Source: Lytechinus pictus (Eukaryota). From it: a DNA stretch of 64,000 nt. Positions 25,940 to 39,782 of the stretch are shown one piece after another (position 1 is the stretch's first letter; each line of letters opens with the position of its first letter). A model generated the notes under the pieces. The model was given only the letters and a program-made list of their open reading frames with translations. It searched no databases and was not told the origin of the DNA. Location: assembly GCF_037042905.1 (NCBI RefSeq), contig NC_087250.1, positions 23,128,001 to 23,192,000 of the forward strand, read 5' to 3'. The translations under genes were made by a program, and so were the position numbers.

Positions 25940-26802
25940 TATAATAGTTGGTATACACTTAAATTATTTCCAATTTCATCCCGAGATTTTGATTCTGTTC
26001 ATAGGAAAGACAAGCAAGTCTCAAAAGTATTACTCATTAGTGGATTCTTTCAATTAATATTCCGAGTTCATGGAGATAGCACATCCCCATGGCACATCCC
26101 CATGTAACTTAAGGAAACCTTCAATAACAAGCTTTGCTTTCCAGAAGCTTCCTAATTCATTTCAAAATGTTATATTATATTTTGCTTTACTTTGTAACTT
26201 TGTTGACATTTTGGAATGAATAAATTCGTTGTCAATCAATCAAAATCCAAAACTTAATTTCAAATCACACTGCGGAATAATTACGTGACACTAAGCGTTC
26301 CATAAAGGCTTGTTGGTCAAATTTTGTCAAAAACTATTTCGTATGCTTTAACCAACGTTGGTTAAGAATTGGGACTTTGGGGCAATGCAAAAGCCTTCCA
26401 AAATATTTCTCAGCCCAATTGAAACAAAAAAAATCTTGGACTTATACCTTTACTTTCCGGAGCAGACATCCAAATTCTATATTCCTTTTTCTTCTCAAGA
26501 TTAAGCATCTGAGCATAGAGGTAAAAAAAATCCATCTCTGTGATGTAAGTATACTCAAATCATACAGGGACACCACGCAGGTGTTTTTTGTTAATGAAAC
26601 AGGTGTTTTTATTCAATATACTATCTATCACTCTCCGTTCCCTTATTTTTGATTTTGTATTCCTCCTTTGAAAAATTGATTGTTGCTTTTGCCTCCAAAA
26701 GCGTGATTTCCATCAATATTTTATTATATCATGCACGGTATTACCACCCTCCTTCTACTTCAGTTTTCAAGCATTCATTTCCATTATTTTTTAAGTCTTA
26801 AT

Positions 26803-27073
26803 CACAGGCGGATCTAGGATTTTTTTCGAAGGGGGGGGCACATTTTCCCGGGAAAATGTGTTAAGCGAAACAAAAGGGTTTTAACCAAAAATTATAAGGG
26901 GATTTAGTGCACGAAAAAAATTGACAAAAAAAAGGTCTTCACTTTTAAAAGGGGGGGGGGGGCACACTTCTGTTTTAACGACATATTTACATTATAAAGT
27001 TTAATTGTGCCTCTCAAGGGGGGGGGGCACGGGCCGTCTGTGCCCCCCCCCCCCCTCCCTGGATCCGCCAGTG
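26803..27073. mobile_element. hAT-like MITE with GGCGGATC termini
   Basis: CACAGGCGGATCTAGG ... CCTGGATCCGCCAGTG with G/C runs. Confidence 0.6.
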
Positions 27074-29139
27074 GTCTTAATGTTTTTTGTCGAAAATCAT
27101 AAGAGTTCATTTTTGCTGGAAAATATCTCAGAATCGTCACCGTTACCTGAAATGAAGTTTTATTTTTGTGTTCATTATTTTCTCAAGTTTGATTAAATAG
27201 TATTACGACCTCACTCCGCCCTTCAGTTTTCAAAGATTTATTTCCATTACGTTTAAAATTCTTAGTGTCGAAAATCATGATTATTCGTATTTTATTGAAA
27301 AATATCTCACAAAATCTCAAATTATCTGAAATAGAATTTCCTATCTGTGTTCATATATTTTCTCAATTTTGATAAAGGTGATCATTTTTGTTTTATTTTA
27401 TTAGGTCGTGAAATAAAGTGAATCGGTGCAAGACGACTTTTTGAATGTTGATTGAAATAATAAGGAATACAGGGAAACTGTTTTCTGAATTCGGTTTGAT
27501 TTTGATTTTTTTTCCTGCGTTCTTATTGGGGCAGTTTTCCGGATTTTTTTCATCGATTATAATTATAGAAAAATAACGTTTGAATTCGTGATCTTACTTG
27601 ATAACCATAAGCTTTTAATTGAGAAAAATATAAAGAATTCAAGATAAAAGATGAAAGAGAAAACGATTATATGAATATATGCTCCATAAAATTATCATGA
27701 TTATTATGGATATGATTTTTTTTCCAGGGAATGCATTTTGTATCAAATTAGATCTACCATATGTTGGCCTATCATTTTCTCTATTAGTAAAATAAAAGAC
27801 AGCGATCATTAACCAAAATAATTCATCATTACTAACAACAATATCAGACATTCCGGTTTTGCAGAATGATATGAAAACTTACCGATTTAAAAGATAAATT
27901 CATAGCAATAGCAAGTGGCAAATGTTTGTTTTCCTCCTTTTCAGTTCTTAATCTTTTCAGTTAGATATGTTTCCAATCACACTTAATCAAGCTAAGTTTA
28001 CGATGATGAGGAATACATCCAAAGGAAAAACAGTAATTCTCGCACGACATCTTCGATGCGCAGCAACAGATATGAATGAAAGTTTTCAATTGATATATAA
28101 TTATGATTCCAATAATTCTGTGGAGGGCCGGGTATTCCGAAACCGAGCGCACTGAATTCATTAAAAGACGGTTGGCGGAAAAAAGGTATCACTTGAAGGC
28201 GAGATGACTCATTGTTATAAGGAAAAGAAACATTTATCTGTGTGAAAATTGTTTTTCGCTTCATCGACTATTCAAAGAAAAAAAATACCCATTAGGCCTG
28301 TCGCGAAGCATTCTACGAAACTGCGGGCCCTCTCTCCCCCGCCGGAAGGATCCTCTCTCACACACCTGCTCTGACTGTGAGACGAACTCTCATCTTTTCA
28401 CACGAATCCTAGACTCAAAACAAATCGATATAGCAATTATTCAGTAATTATTACATCTTATTGATGACGTTCTACTTGGCACTTTGTCCTTCCGAGAAGC
28501 TATGTTGCCGTGGCAACGATTCTTCAATACCCGATGATGCTGTACGAATCCTTGATGTTGCGAAAACGTGACTCCGGCAGGTCGGAAGCTGTATTGTACG
28601 TTTTGAAATGTTTTGATGTTCAAAATGTTGATTTACCGCGTTTGTTTTACAGACTTACGCAGTCTTCACAAAGCGTTGATCTTGTTCATTGAAATTGACA
28701 AATCGAATCGACCCTAATTATTGAGACGATGTAGAAAAAAATCATATTAAAGTCCATGTCTTTAGATCTTAAAGTGTATCTTGAGGTGTTGGTCCTGTTT
28801 GAGAAACCATATTCGGGTATCCGTATCCTAAATACTAGTACTCTTTGTTATAATGATAGGCTTGTCTGGCTCAACTGGTTATTTTTAGCAGGATTTTACA
28901 CATTGTCGCTGCAAGTAAATCTTGAATGTAAGAGAAAAGACAAATATTCGAGTACAATTGGGGCTATTTATTTCGCCTAGAGTGAAGTCAATATTGAAGC
29001 ATTCTTAGGAGCGTGGTAACGGGGTTTGAATCGCTTGCATAGGAACGAATGTCAAAGAGAGATGGACCGATGTAAATATGAGGATATTGAAAAGATGATG
29101 GAGGGACGCGACAAGATGAGATGAAAAAGAACGGGTTAA

Positions 29140-29575
<436 letters not shown>

Positions 29576-30808
29576 ATAAAGGCAGTCAGAAAAAAAATAT
29601 ATATACTAGTATGCAGTTTCTGTTTTCTTAGAGCGGAGGGGGAAATGACAGGGATAACTTAGGAAAGAGCAAAATAAGTAGAGAAGGGGAAAGAGAGGGG
29701 AGGGGGAGAAAGAAGGATGACAAGAAAGATAGCAAATGGGGAAAATATAAATAGATCGAGGAAAGGCAAATTTGATATTATAATAGCTCAATGATAACCT
29801 TATAAAAAAATTCATTCTCAAAATGTTATATGGCAAAAATATGCACAGACAATAAATATAAAACACTTCGTCATGAATCTCAATAAAACAAAAACAAGAT
29901 GAAGATATTTTGATTAGATTGAAACATGAATGAATACGACGGATCTATTTAAACAAACTATTGACATGACTCAATGTGCTGGTAGTACATGTCATTAAGG
30001 ATACCTGAAAATGGTTGTCCAATCATAATTGACCTACAGGCTATCGAATTTTAGGTCACTTTAAACAGTTGCTGGTTGTAGGGGTATATTATGCAGGTAT
30101 AGTCCTAGTATATCATGTTTATAGACCTCCTGAAACGCTATCATTCAAACCAAAGTTTGTTGGCTGCATGTATCACGAAAGACGAGGGAATATGGCTTAA
30201 GTTCTCAGAAGAGAGAAAATATTATTTTGAATACTTACTCCGAAATTTCAAAGCATTATCAAGGGCTTTGATAATTCCTGCCGAGGATCAGAATGTATGG
30301 AACGCGAAATGAGAATATTGTTTTACGCTTGGAAAGGTAAGACTTAATTCTGACGAGAACCCACGGCACTAAATGCACTGATCATGCTGATGGTCTATGG
30401 AACGCGTCAATGTACTATGTGTGCACATTTAGACCGTATAGGTTAAGTGCGTGTGTGTGAAACATTTTACTTTTGATGAAGGAAACCTCTACATTTTGGA
30501 TATGAAGAGCTTTAAGCGATGAGAAGATTCCCAATCTCGCATGTGCATAGTTGAAACAGTTTTATATTTCCCTATAGTAAATAACGCACACGAATGATCT
30601 ATATTGGACTCTGATCTGATCTGATCTTATCCCAAATTTACGAACGGATAGGAAAATCTAGGATTGCCGGATTTAGATATATATCCGAAGATCCGAACAA
30701 ACTGTCTACTATAATCATTATTTTATCTTATGGATTTCTGGAGATTTTTTTTTTATGTAGTCGTACACTGCTCAACACCACCGAAGAGAAAAGAAAGTCT
30801 GTATTAAG

Positions 30809-31892
30809 ATGAGAGGGAGCAAAAATTATTTCGAATTCACCGAATTGGTGAACAAAGACGATGACGAGAAGGCATTCAAGGACAGTTCACGCCTGGACGA
30901 CCACGGATTCGATATGGACGATGATGACGACGATGATCGTAAGAATAAGACATGTTTCGTTACGGTCGAACCAGTCGTACTCCTTTTCTACATGGCATAT
31001 AGCATGATGTCAACGATGCGAACGGAATACGTCACAAAGCGCATCTACAACGAGTACGATATCCATAACGGTTTGCGTTTGAACTTTGACCCCTGGAGAG
31101 ATGAGTGCGACGAACCAATCAACGCAAGCATTTCAAATTACACGAATACTAGTATGAATATGGAGAACGCGCAGGCGGACGCTTCCTACTGGTTGTTGAT
31201 ATATAATCTTGTTCAGATATTCCCCGCGATGATCGTATCACCGTTGATCGGATCGTGGAGCGATCGCGCAGGTCGTAAGGTGGCGATGTTACTCCCAGCG
31301 TTTGGTTATTTGATCGGAATATCGATCTGGCTTGTAGTTTTCTACTATCATTTATCGAAATCCTATATCACTATCGCATATCTTATAATGGGATCCTTTG
31401 GGGACTTCCCAACGCTCCTCGCCGTCTGCAATGCCTACATGAGCGATATCGCTACGCGACAATCGCGAACATATCGCATGATCATCCTGGGTATCGTAAT
31501 CGAATTCACAACAGGTGTATCGCAAATCGTTATCGGATTTTGGATTTTCTACTCGGGTTTCGCTGCTCCATTTTGGTTTATTTTTGCAGCTATTGTGACA
31601 GTCATTGCATACATTGTAATATTCCTCAAAGAATCGAATACAAACATCGGCGAAAGGCCAGCAAACTTTTTCTCTGCCTCGCAGTTCGATGCTGTGTTTG
31701 CGCTTTTCGCGCGCGCAGATTCAAGGAAGAGAAGTGAGCTAGTCTCTTGCCTAGTCGTTCTTGGGGTCCACATGATGAGTCTGCATTCAACTTTCCTATT
31801 GGTTCTACTGGTCGTTCTAAGCCCTCCGCTGTGTTGGACGTCTATCATTGTGGGGTTCTACATCGCTTCGTCTTTTCTCTTCGGTTCAGTTG
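30809..31892 (+). CDS. SLC46-family MFS transporter paralog 2, coding exon 1
   Basis: Motifs VTVEP, GSWSDRAGRK, GSFGDF, AYMSDI..RTYRM, LKES and PPLCW; acceptor AG ends at 30760; donor GTAAGT at 31893. Confidence 0.94.
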
Positions 31893-32100
31893 GTAAGTGA
31901 CATCATTGCTTTGACCTGTTTCGAGTAGGACCCTCATGACAATAGTACACATATTTTGTCTAACTCATCCTCTTTGTAGATAATCATAAAGGCTTATAAT
32001 TTCCGATTTACAGAATGTGCCTGATTAAATGCATCAAAGCGATGCAGAGATCTTGAAAGAATGGTGTATTATGGGTCCGCATCATAGAATGCTAATTCCG

Positions 32101-32443
32101 TAGTCTGCACCCAGAGTTTTCGCAAACACGGTGCGGCCGTTCTCTACAACGCACCAATTACTTTGAAAAATTAATGCAAGTCAAATCACAATGGAGAGAC
32201 GATCTCGAGGTTTTTGTCCAAAGTTGATGGACCGGGACGCGTCAGCAGATCATCCGAAGATTTGCACCTGACGAACAATTGCAAATATGTCGTTGTCTAG
32301 AGTCACGAGACGACACTACTGTCCCGGTCCACCAACTTTCGCCGACAAAACCCTCTCAGCTCTCCATTCTGATTTGACTTGCATTTTCAAAGGATTTTGT
32401 GCGTTGTAGAGAACGGCCGCGTCGTGATTGCGAAAACTCTCTA
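32101..32443. mobile_element. Degenerate palindromic MITE with TAGTCT start
   Basis: AGAGTTTTCGCAA..GCGGCCGTTCTCTACAACGCAC mirrored by GTGCGTTGTAGAGAACGGCCGC..TTGCGAAAACTCT. Confidence 0.7.
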
Positions 32444-32906
32444 ATAAAATAAAGTGTCCGCATCTTGGAAACATATTTCCTAAGCTCATCTAAAGGTGGC
32501 GATGTTTAAGAATTTAATACAGGTTCAATGCATTAGCTGATTTAACACTGAATTTGTCTGGGAACAATAACTGAAATAATTTTTAGCACCCTAAGAGCAG
32601 GCGGCAAGAACAGAGTTGCCAAACAAAATATAAACATGATTTTGAAATTACTGGGTTCCCATATCTTATTGCACTGGAGGCAGGAGACCCGTTTCATAAA
32701 ACCTGTTACAATAACAAATGCACAATTTCTATAACAGCCAATCAGATTGAAGGATTTCAGTAGTTTTAACTGTAAATTGTAATTTTGTTATTAAAACAAG
32801 TTTAATGAAACGGGTCTCAGATTCACTGACAGATCTAAGAGAATTATAAAATGAGGATCATGGTGAATGTCAGTTATTAAAATGAAACGTTTGCCTGACA
32901 TTGCAG

Positions 32907-33038
32907 GGACACTGATTGGCGGGAAACTCTTCAGTGGTCTAACAGATGATCTAACTATCTCTCAGATTGGGATTTGGTCTAGTCTCATTGGTCTGTCTTT
33001 CATTGCCTTCGGAAATTCTTCACTTGTACTCTTTCTTG
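32907..33038 (+). CDS. SLC46 paralog 2, coding exon 2
   Basis: AG..GT bounded, 132 bp, GTLIGGKLFSGLTDDLTISQIGIWSSLIGLSFIAFGNSSLVLFL. Confidence 0.92.
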
Positions 33039-33056
33039 GTAAGTATTCGACCCCCC

Positions 33057-33275
33057 TTAACCCTAAAAGGACTGGGGGCCATGATGCCCCCCCCCCTCCC
33101 TCCTCGACGCTTTGCGCAATATTTCCGAAACGCAAAAAGGTAGCGCCGCAAAGTTTTATGACTTTTTTTTTTTAAGTCTCACGCAACTTTTGAGACCTAA
33201 TTTGCGATCTACAGGTATAGCAGCATTGCGACGCTACGTGACTTTTTACGAGACAATGTCATGCCGAAAATGGCT
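33057..33275. mobile_element. piggyBac-like MITE end fragment
   Basis: TTAA-CCCT terminus; resembles the reverse complement of ~24480-24673. Confidence 0.55.
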
Positions 33276-33326
33276 CACTTGTAATCTTTCTTGGTGAGTG
33301 TTCAGCCCCCCCCCCCCCCCACCCCC

Positions 33327-33920
33327 TTAAAAAAGGTCAAGTCCACCCCAGTAAAATGTGGATTTGAATGAAAAAAGAAAAATCGAACTAGCATAACGCT
33401 GAAAATTTCATCAAAATCGAATGTAAAATAGAAATATGACATTTTGAAAATTCACACAACAGTTATATGCACATCCTGGCCGGTATGCAAATGAGAGGAC
33501 TGATGAGGTCACCCACTCAGTATTTCTTTTGTATTCTATTATATGAAATAGTCCGGTTTTCTCCCCCTTGTCATGTAAAATTGAGTTTTATTCCTCCCTG
33601 AATGTGTTGAATTAAACATTGTTTACATTACGGGGTTCAGTCAAGTTTTACATTATTGTCAATTCTGTAAAAATTGAAATATTGTTAAATTCACACAATA
33701 CAAAATAAAAAAAAATAGTGAGTGATGGACATCATCGAATCTCTAATTTGCATATCACTGAGTTGTGCATATATCTGTTTTGAGAAAAATAAGCGAAACT
33801 TTTAAATGTCATAACTTTCTTATTTTATATCTGATTTTGAAGAAATTTTCAACATATGCTTGTTAGATTTTTCTCTATTGATTCAAATCAACATTTTTCT
33901 GGGGTGGACTTGACCTTTAA
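33327..33920. mobile_element. Kolobok-like MITE family A
   Basis: AGGTCAAGTCCACCCCAG ... CTGGGGTGGACTTGACCT-TTAA. Confidence 0.85.
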
Positions 33921-34486
33921 TATATCTCCATTTCTTTGAAAATTGTTGTAGACGAATTGCCAATCTATATATATGTCCATGAAGTCATAATCCTACAAGC
34001 AGTAGGCATAAACTTGGTTAAATTTATTTTAGAATCTTAAATATTTCATGTTAACATGGTGATTGTATAGTAAACATCTATTAGTATCTATTCCAATGTA
34101 ATTTTATTGAAAAGGTACCAGGGAAATCATTTGCTGCAACTCGTGCAAAATCGTGACTTCATAGATATCTGGTTTCATTTCTGGAATCATAAATATCATG
34201 CCTTACTATATACGGAGCAAAAACGATTTTTTTTTTTAAACATCAAAACAAAAAAAAGCTCTAATTATCATGATTATTCACGCGTAAAATATAGGCCTAC
34301 CACTAAACTGGTATCTAATCATTTATGATGAGATTATGCAAGAAATATCTTAAAGCATCTTGTTCATGACATGCCGATTTAAAATGGCGATTTTTAGAGG
34401 TGTAAATTATTTTATGGCTCATTTGGTATCATACTCACTCTTTCTTCAACTCTTCTTTTCTTTTTCTTCTTTGTCTTGTTCTTATA

Positions 34487-34903
34487 CACTGCAAAAACTC
34501 CGGTGTTGATTTAACACCAGCCCGGAATCTATATGTCCACACCAGAGAATTATTGAAACAACACCAGTTTGGAAACAAACCGATGCTGTTTTAATACTAA
34601 TTGGTGTTGTATAAACACCTATCTGGTGGGTGTTTCATAATGCTTTTCGTAAGATAAGAACGACTTTAAGAACGACTGGTGAACCCTTCTTACGCTCTAA
34701 ATAATCACCAATGGTGAATATCATTTACCACAAGAAAGGATCACCAGTCGTTCTCTTATAGTCGCTCTTAACTTACGATTAGCTTTATGAAACGGCACCC
34801 TGGTGTTAAGATCAAAACGAAACTGGTGTTGTTTAACACTTCTCTGGCGTGGACGTATATAGATTCCGGACTGGTGTTAAATCAACACCAGAGTTTTGCA
34901 GTG
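34487..34903. mobile_element. CACTG/CMC-like MITE with a nested Harbinger-like MITE (~34626-34801); uninterrupted relative at 44202-44423
   Basis: TA-CACTGCAAAAACTCCGGTGTTGATTTAACACCAG ... CTGGTGTTAAATCAACACCAGAGTTTTGCAGTG-TA. Confidence 0.85.
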
Positions 34904-34914
34904 TACTACTACTA

Positions 34915-36663
34915 TACTACTACCTCTTTCGCATATATTCAATCTATCATTTACCACAGGCATTTTTCAAGATAAATTAAAAGTTGCAAGAGTTATACCA
35001 GTTTTCAAAAAGGGAGATAAAGATTTACCTGGAAATTATAGACCAATATCGATTTTACCCGCGATTAGCAAAATATTAAAAAAACTAGTGAAAAGAATGA
35101 AATATTGTATAAACACCAATATGGTTTTAGAAATGGATACAGTACGAAACTTTCACTGATAAATCTGATTAATCAAATTACAAGATATACCGATGAAGGA
35201 AAGGTGACAGTAGGAATATTCATCGATTTTGCTAAAGCTTTTGATACGATTAATCATTCTATTCTCATTAAGAAACTAGAACACTATGGCATTCGTGGTA
35301 AGGCAGTAGAATGGTTTAATGATTATTAACGAAACAGAAAGCAATTTGTTAATTATGATGGTGTAAATTCCGAATACAGGTCGATTTCATGCGGTATTCT
35401 ACAAGGATCAGTTTTGGGTCCAACTTTGTTCTTGTTGTATATAAACGATCTGGCAAACTCATCAAATTATTTCAATTTCCGTCTTTTTGCGGATGACTCA
35501 AATTTATTTCATACTTTCAATTGTGATAAAAAAACATATTGATTTATCAGAAATTAGTCTCAATTTAACCAAATAATAGCATGGTGCAATGCCAACAAAT
35601 TGACAATCAATGTTACGAAAACTAAATATATGTTGTTTAAAAATAGACAAAAAAATATTTTGATATCAGGACAATTGTCACTGAAAGGAACTTTATTAGA
35701 GTGTGTTGAATCAACATTATTTCGTGGTATATGTATCGACAAAAACCTTACATGGAAGAAACAGGTTGACATTGTCTGCAATGTGCTAAGCAAAAAAATT
35801 GGAATACTTTATAGATTGAGGAATTATGTAACAAAGAGAAGTTATGTTATACAACTCATTTATTTTACCACATAATAACGTATGGTCTGGAAGTATGGGG
35901 TGGGACGTGCAAAACAACCCTGAACCCTATATCATTACTTCAAAAACGAATAGCTAGAATAATGACGTTCAACCATCATACTTATCACTCTGCTCCTTTA
36001 TTTTATGATCTAAATATTTTCGATATTTTAAAACAGTACCAATATTTGATAGGAGTATTTATGCACGATTTAATTAATAATCAGTTGCCGCATATTTTTA
36101 TTGATTATTTTTCATTTATAGACCATCCTTACAATACAAGAAATAGAGAAAAGCGAAATGTTAATCTTGACAAAAATAGTACCAATTTGGGAAAACAATT
36201 AATTTCATTTTCTGGTCCTACTTTATGGAATCATCTGCCAAGTAATATTAGAAACACCCCCAGTCGTAAGATATTTAGCAAAGCGTTAAAATTAATGCTA
36301 CTGGAAGATTATAATTAATTTGCTATGGTAAAATACTGCCTGAAAACAAATAATTCTATATAAAGATTTTTTGAATAATTAAAATATTTTTTTCTTGTAA
36401 ATAGTGTAAAAATGTTCACTGAAAATGATCGAAATTTTCTGCAACAGTAATAAGTAGAATTAGTATTGAATTTGATGTACAATATTGAGATTTAGTTAAA
36501 TTTATTGTTTAAACTATGATAATGACATTATTTGGGGCTAACCTCGATTAGCATCTTGCTTTTATGTTAGCTCCAATTACCAAATGTTTTGTTTATATGT
36601 GATGTACTATTCCTTGTAATTGTACCTGACAGTGATATTTGGTAATAAAATTCAATTCAATTC
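34915..36663 (+). mobile_element. 5'-truncated, decayed CR1/L2-group (Crack/Daphne-like) LINE
   Basis: RT motifs ARVIPVFKKG..NYRPISIL, QYGFR, FIDFAKAFDTINH, QGSVLGP and LFADD, with stops and frameshifts; 3' UTR ends AATAAA(ATTCA)n. Confidence 0.92.
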
Positions 36664-36687
36664 TTCATCATCATCTTGCGTCTTCAG

Positions 36688-36771
36688 GTGCAATGTTGGG
36701 ATCATTCCGGTTTCTGACGTCACCATCGATGAGGTCAAGGCTCTCTAAGCTAGCTGATGAGCACGAGCAGG
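36688..36771 (+). CDS. SLC46 paralog 2, coding exon 3
   Basis: AG..GT bounded, 84 bp, GAMLGSFRFLTSPSMRSRLSKLADEHEQG (R..LSKL...EQG motif). Confidence 0.92.
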
Positions 36772-37149
36772 GTAAGTGAAGCTACGACAATGACGAGGAG
36801 GTCGATGATATCTCTGATGATCATGATCACGGTCGTGGGCATACTGGTGGTGTCGTTGGCCCTGCCAGAAGCCCGGAATTTTCACGATTTTCACATTCAT
36901 ACCAAAGCCTTTTGATTGTTTGTAGCATCATATTTTTTCATATAATTTGATCTAATATCTGACCTATATTTCCCTATCATAACCCCGGCAATTTATTACG
37001 AAATTGAGAATTTCCCGATCGTCGATTATTCGGCTATTGTGCTTTGGTCGCTCGGAAACTTTCCCCAAAACAGTACATTAAATTAAAAAATATAAATTTA
37101 CCTCAAATTCTTTCCCTTGGCTATCATTACGCAACTGAAGATTATTTAT

Positions 37150-37645
37150 AGTGGTAGTGGTGGTGATGATGATGATAATGATGAAGATGGTGATGATGAT
37201 GATGATGATGACTATGATGATGACGAGGACGATGGTGATGGTGATGATGATGATGACTATGATGATGATGGCGAGGATGATGGTGATGATGATGACGATG
37301 GTAATGATTCGTGACGATGGGGATGATGATGATGATAATGATGATGGTGGTGGTGGTAACGATGATGATGATGATGATGATAATGGTGGTGCTGATGGTG
37401 ATAATGATGAAGATGGTGATGATGGTGATGACTATGATGATGGTGAGGATGATGGTGATGATGACGATAATTCGTGAAGATGATGGTGATTATGATGATG
37501 ATGGTGGTGTGGGTGACGATGATGATGATGGTGATGATGATGATGAAGCTGATGATGATGATGATGGTGATGATGACGAAGACGATTGTGATGGTGGTGG
37601 TGATAATGATGAAGACGATGATGATAATGGTGGTTATGATGTTGA
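37150..37645. repeat. (GAT/GGT/GAC)n tract
   Basis: Direct reading. Confidence 0.97.
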
Positions 37646-38154
37646 TGTTTTACTGTACGTAATACGTCTTGCATCATTATTATTTGTTTTGGCGTCACCT
37701 GTGCCTTGGCGTCATCATCACATCGGGTTGTCGCGTCGGGTCGGATAATCGCAAAACCCAATAATTCGAAAAAGGGTCCCCTCAAATCCCCAAACTTTGG
37801 GTCCAGTTTATCCGGCGATTTGAGAAAATAGCCTCTAAGTTCCCGAAATGTCGGGTCCAGTTTACCCGATGTTTTGTGAAAATTATAGTAAATTTATCGA
37901 ATGGTCTGGTAAACTTGACCCGACATTTCAGGAATTTAGGGGGTGCTTTCCTCGAATGGTCGGGTACGATATACGGTATTGCCCGATGTAATGGCACAGC
38001 CCCCCCCCCTTCAAATTTGCTTAAACCTGTATTTTCATTCATTGTTGTTTGAATTTTGCACATTTCTTCAAAAATCACAGTCATTACATTCATTTATAGA
38101 ATTAAGTAATTAATATATATATATATGTCATGTATATACTTTTTTTATACTCAG

Positions 38155-38311
38155 GTGCCGTGTTGGCTTGTGCAAGTTGTGTTGAAAGTCTTGGCAGTCT
38201 GATTGGTCCATCGTTGTATAACCTCATCTACAGTCTTACTCTGGAATATTTTCGAGGGATCGTGTTCCTCGTCATGGCAGCCCTATACGTTCCGATATCC
38301 GTTCTTGTCAC
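38155..38311 (+). CDS. SLC46 paralog 2, coding exon 4
   Basis: AG..GT bounded, 157 bp, GAVLACASCVESLGSLIGPSLYNLIYSLTLEYFRGIVFLVMAALYVPISVLV. Confidence 0.92.
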
Positions 38312-38404
38312 GTAAGTGCTTTATCAAATAAAACGGCTGATTAACAGCTACTGGTGTAAAGATGGATGAGCCCCCACCCCCCCCCCCCCCCAAAAAAAAA
38401 AAAA

Positions 38405-38610
38405 AAATAACTGAATAGATAAATAAATTAAAAATAAATGAATAGATAAATGAATAAATAAATGAATAAATAAATAAATAAATGAATAAATAAATAAATA
38501 AATAAATAAATGAATGAATGAATAAATGAATGAATGAATGAATAAATGAATGAATGAATAATTGAATAAATAAATGAATAAATAAACAAACAAACAAATT
38601 AATAAATAAA
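38405..38610. repeat. (AATA/AATG)n tract
   Basis: Direct reading. Confidence 0.95.
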
Positions 38611-38932
38611 ATCCTTGACCAAGAAAAAAATGGGAAGAAATTAAAGGAAAGGGAAAAGGGAAAAAACTGATATTACCTGTTAAATATTATGTAAAACTTT
38701 ATCATAAAATTCGAATTTTATTTTTTAAAGGCCCCAAAATTGGCTCGCTCGTTTTGCCAGCTCGAGGCGTTTTGAAATTAGTTTACATTCGCCTTGCCCC
38801 TGTAAGTTCGCTCATGATACGGCATTGAAACAATCCAACATGGAAATGTATGTGACAATTCACTTTAACAGTTTACCAGGATAAAAAGGTAGGCTAGTTG
38901 CCGCTAGTAAGGAATATACAGATGATTGATAT

Positions 38933-39528
38933 TTAAAGGAGAATGAAACCTTTGGAACAAGAAAGCTTGTGTGAAAACAGAAAAATCAAAGAAACAGATC
39001 AACGAAAGTTTGAGAAAAATCGGACAAATAAAGAAAAAGTTATCAGCATTTGAATTTTGCGATCACTAATGCTATGGAGATCCTAAAATTGGCAATGCGA
39101 CAAAGATGTGTGATGTCACTTGTGAACAACTCTCCCCATTACTTTAGAATATATTTCACTTAAATTCCCTCTTTTATCACATCTATCAGTATCAGATCAT
39201 GTGTTCTTTCTAGAGGAGGGTATGTAATACAGATTTTTAAAGAATACATCATGGATAAAGAGTTTGTATCACAATAAGAAAGAGCAAAAACAGACATTTT
39301 GAGGGTATTTTATAGTCCATCAATGGGAAAGTTGTTTACATGTGACATCACACATCCTTGTTGCATTGCCAATAGGAGGATCTCCATAGCATTAGTGATT
39401 GCAATATTCAAATGCTCATAACTTTCTCATTTTTTGTCCGATTTTTCTCAAACTTTCTTTGTTCTCATTCATCGATTTTTCTGTTTCGACACACGCCTAC
39501 TTGTTCCAAAGGTTTCATTCCCCTTTAA
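38933..39528. mobile_element. Kolobok-like MITE family C
   Basis: TTAA-AGGAGAATGAAACCTTTGGAACAAG ... CTTGTTCCAAAGGTTTCATTCCCCT-TTAA. Confidence 0.88.
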
Positions 39529-39782
39529 AGAATATTTTCACTTTTCAGAAGGAAAACATTGATATTTTTCAAAAAGAAAAAAATTGTCTCTAAGTTTTTT
39601 TTAGCAGAGAGAACTGACAGGATTATATGTATGACTGTAAATTAATACCGTTTTATCAATTGTTGAAACAAGAAAATACATATCTGTCATATGCTTCATT
39701 GCGATAGTACTCCAATGAAAAGAATCTTCTGAAAACCATATGGCTATATTACTTTTTTTTTCTGCTTCTTGCTTCATTATAG

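Noticed and set aside
36750..36785. CTGATGA hammerhead-like core (also minus strand ~9925)
   Set aside because: No stem II/GAAA arrangement; the first lies in coding sequence.
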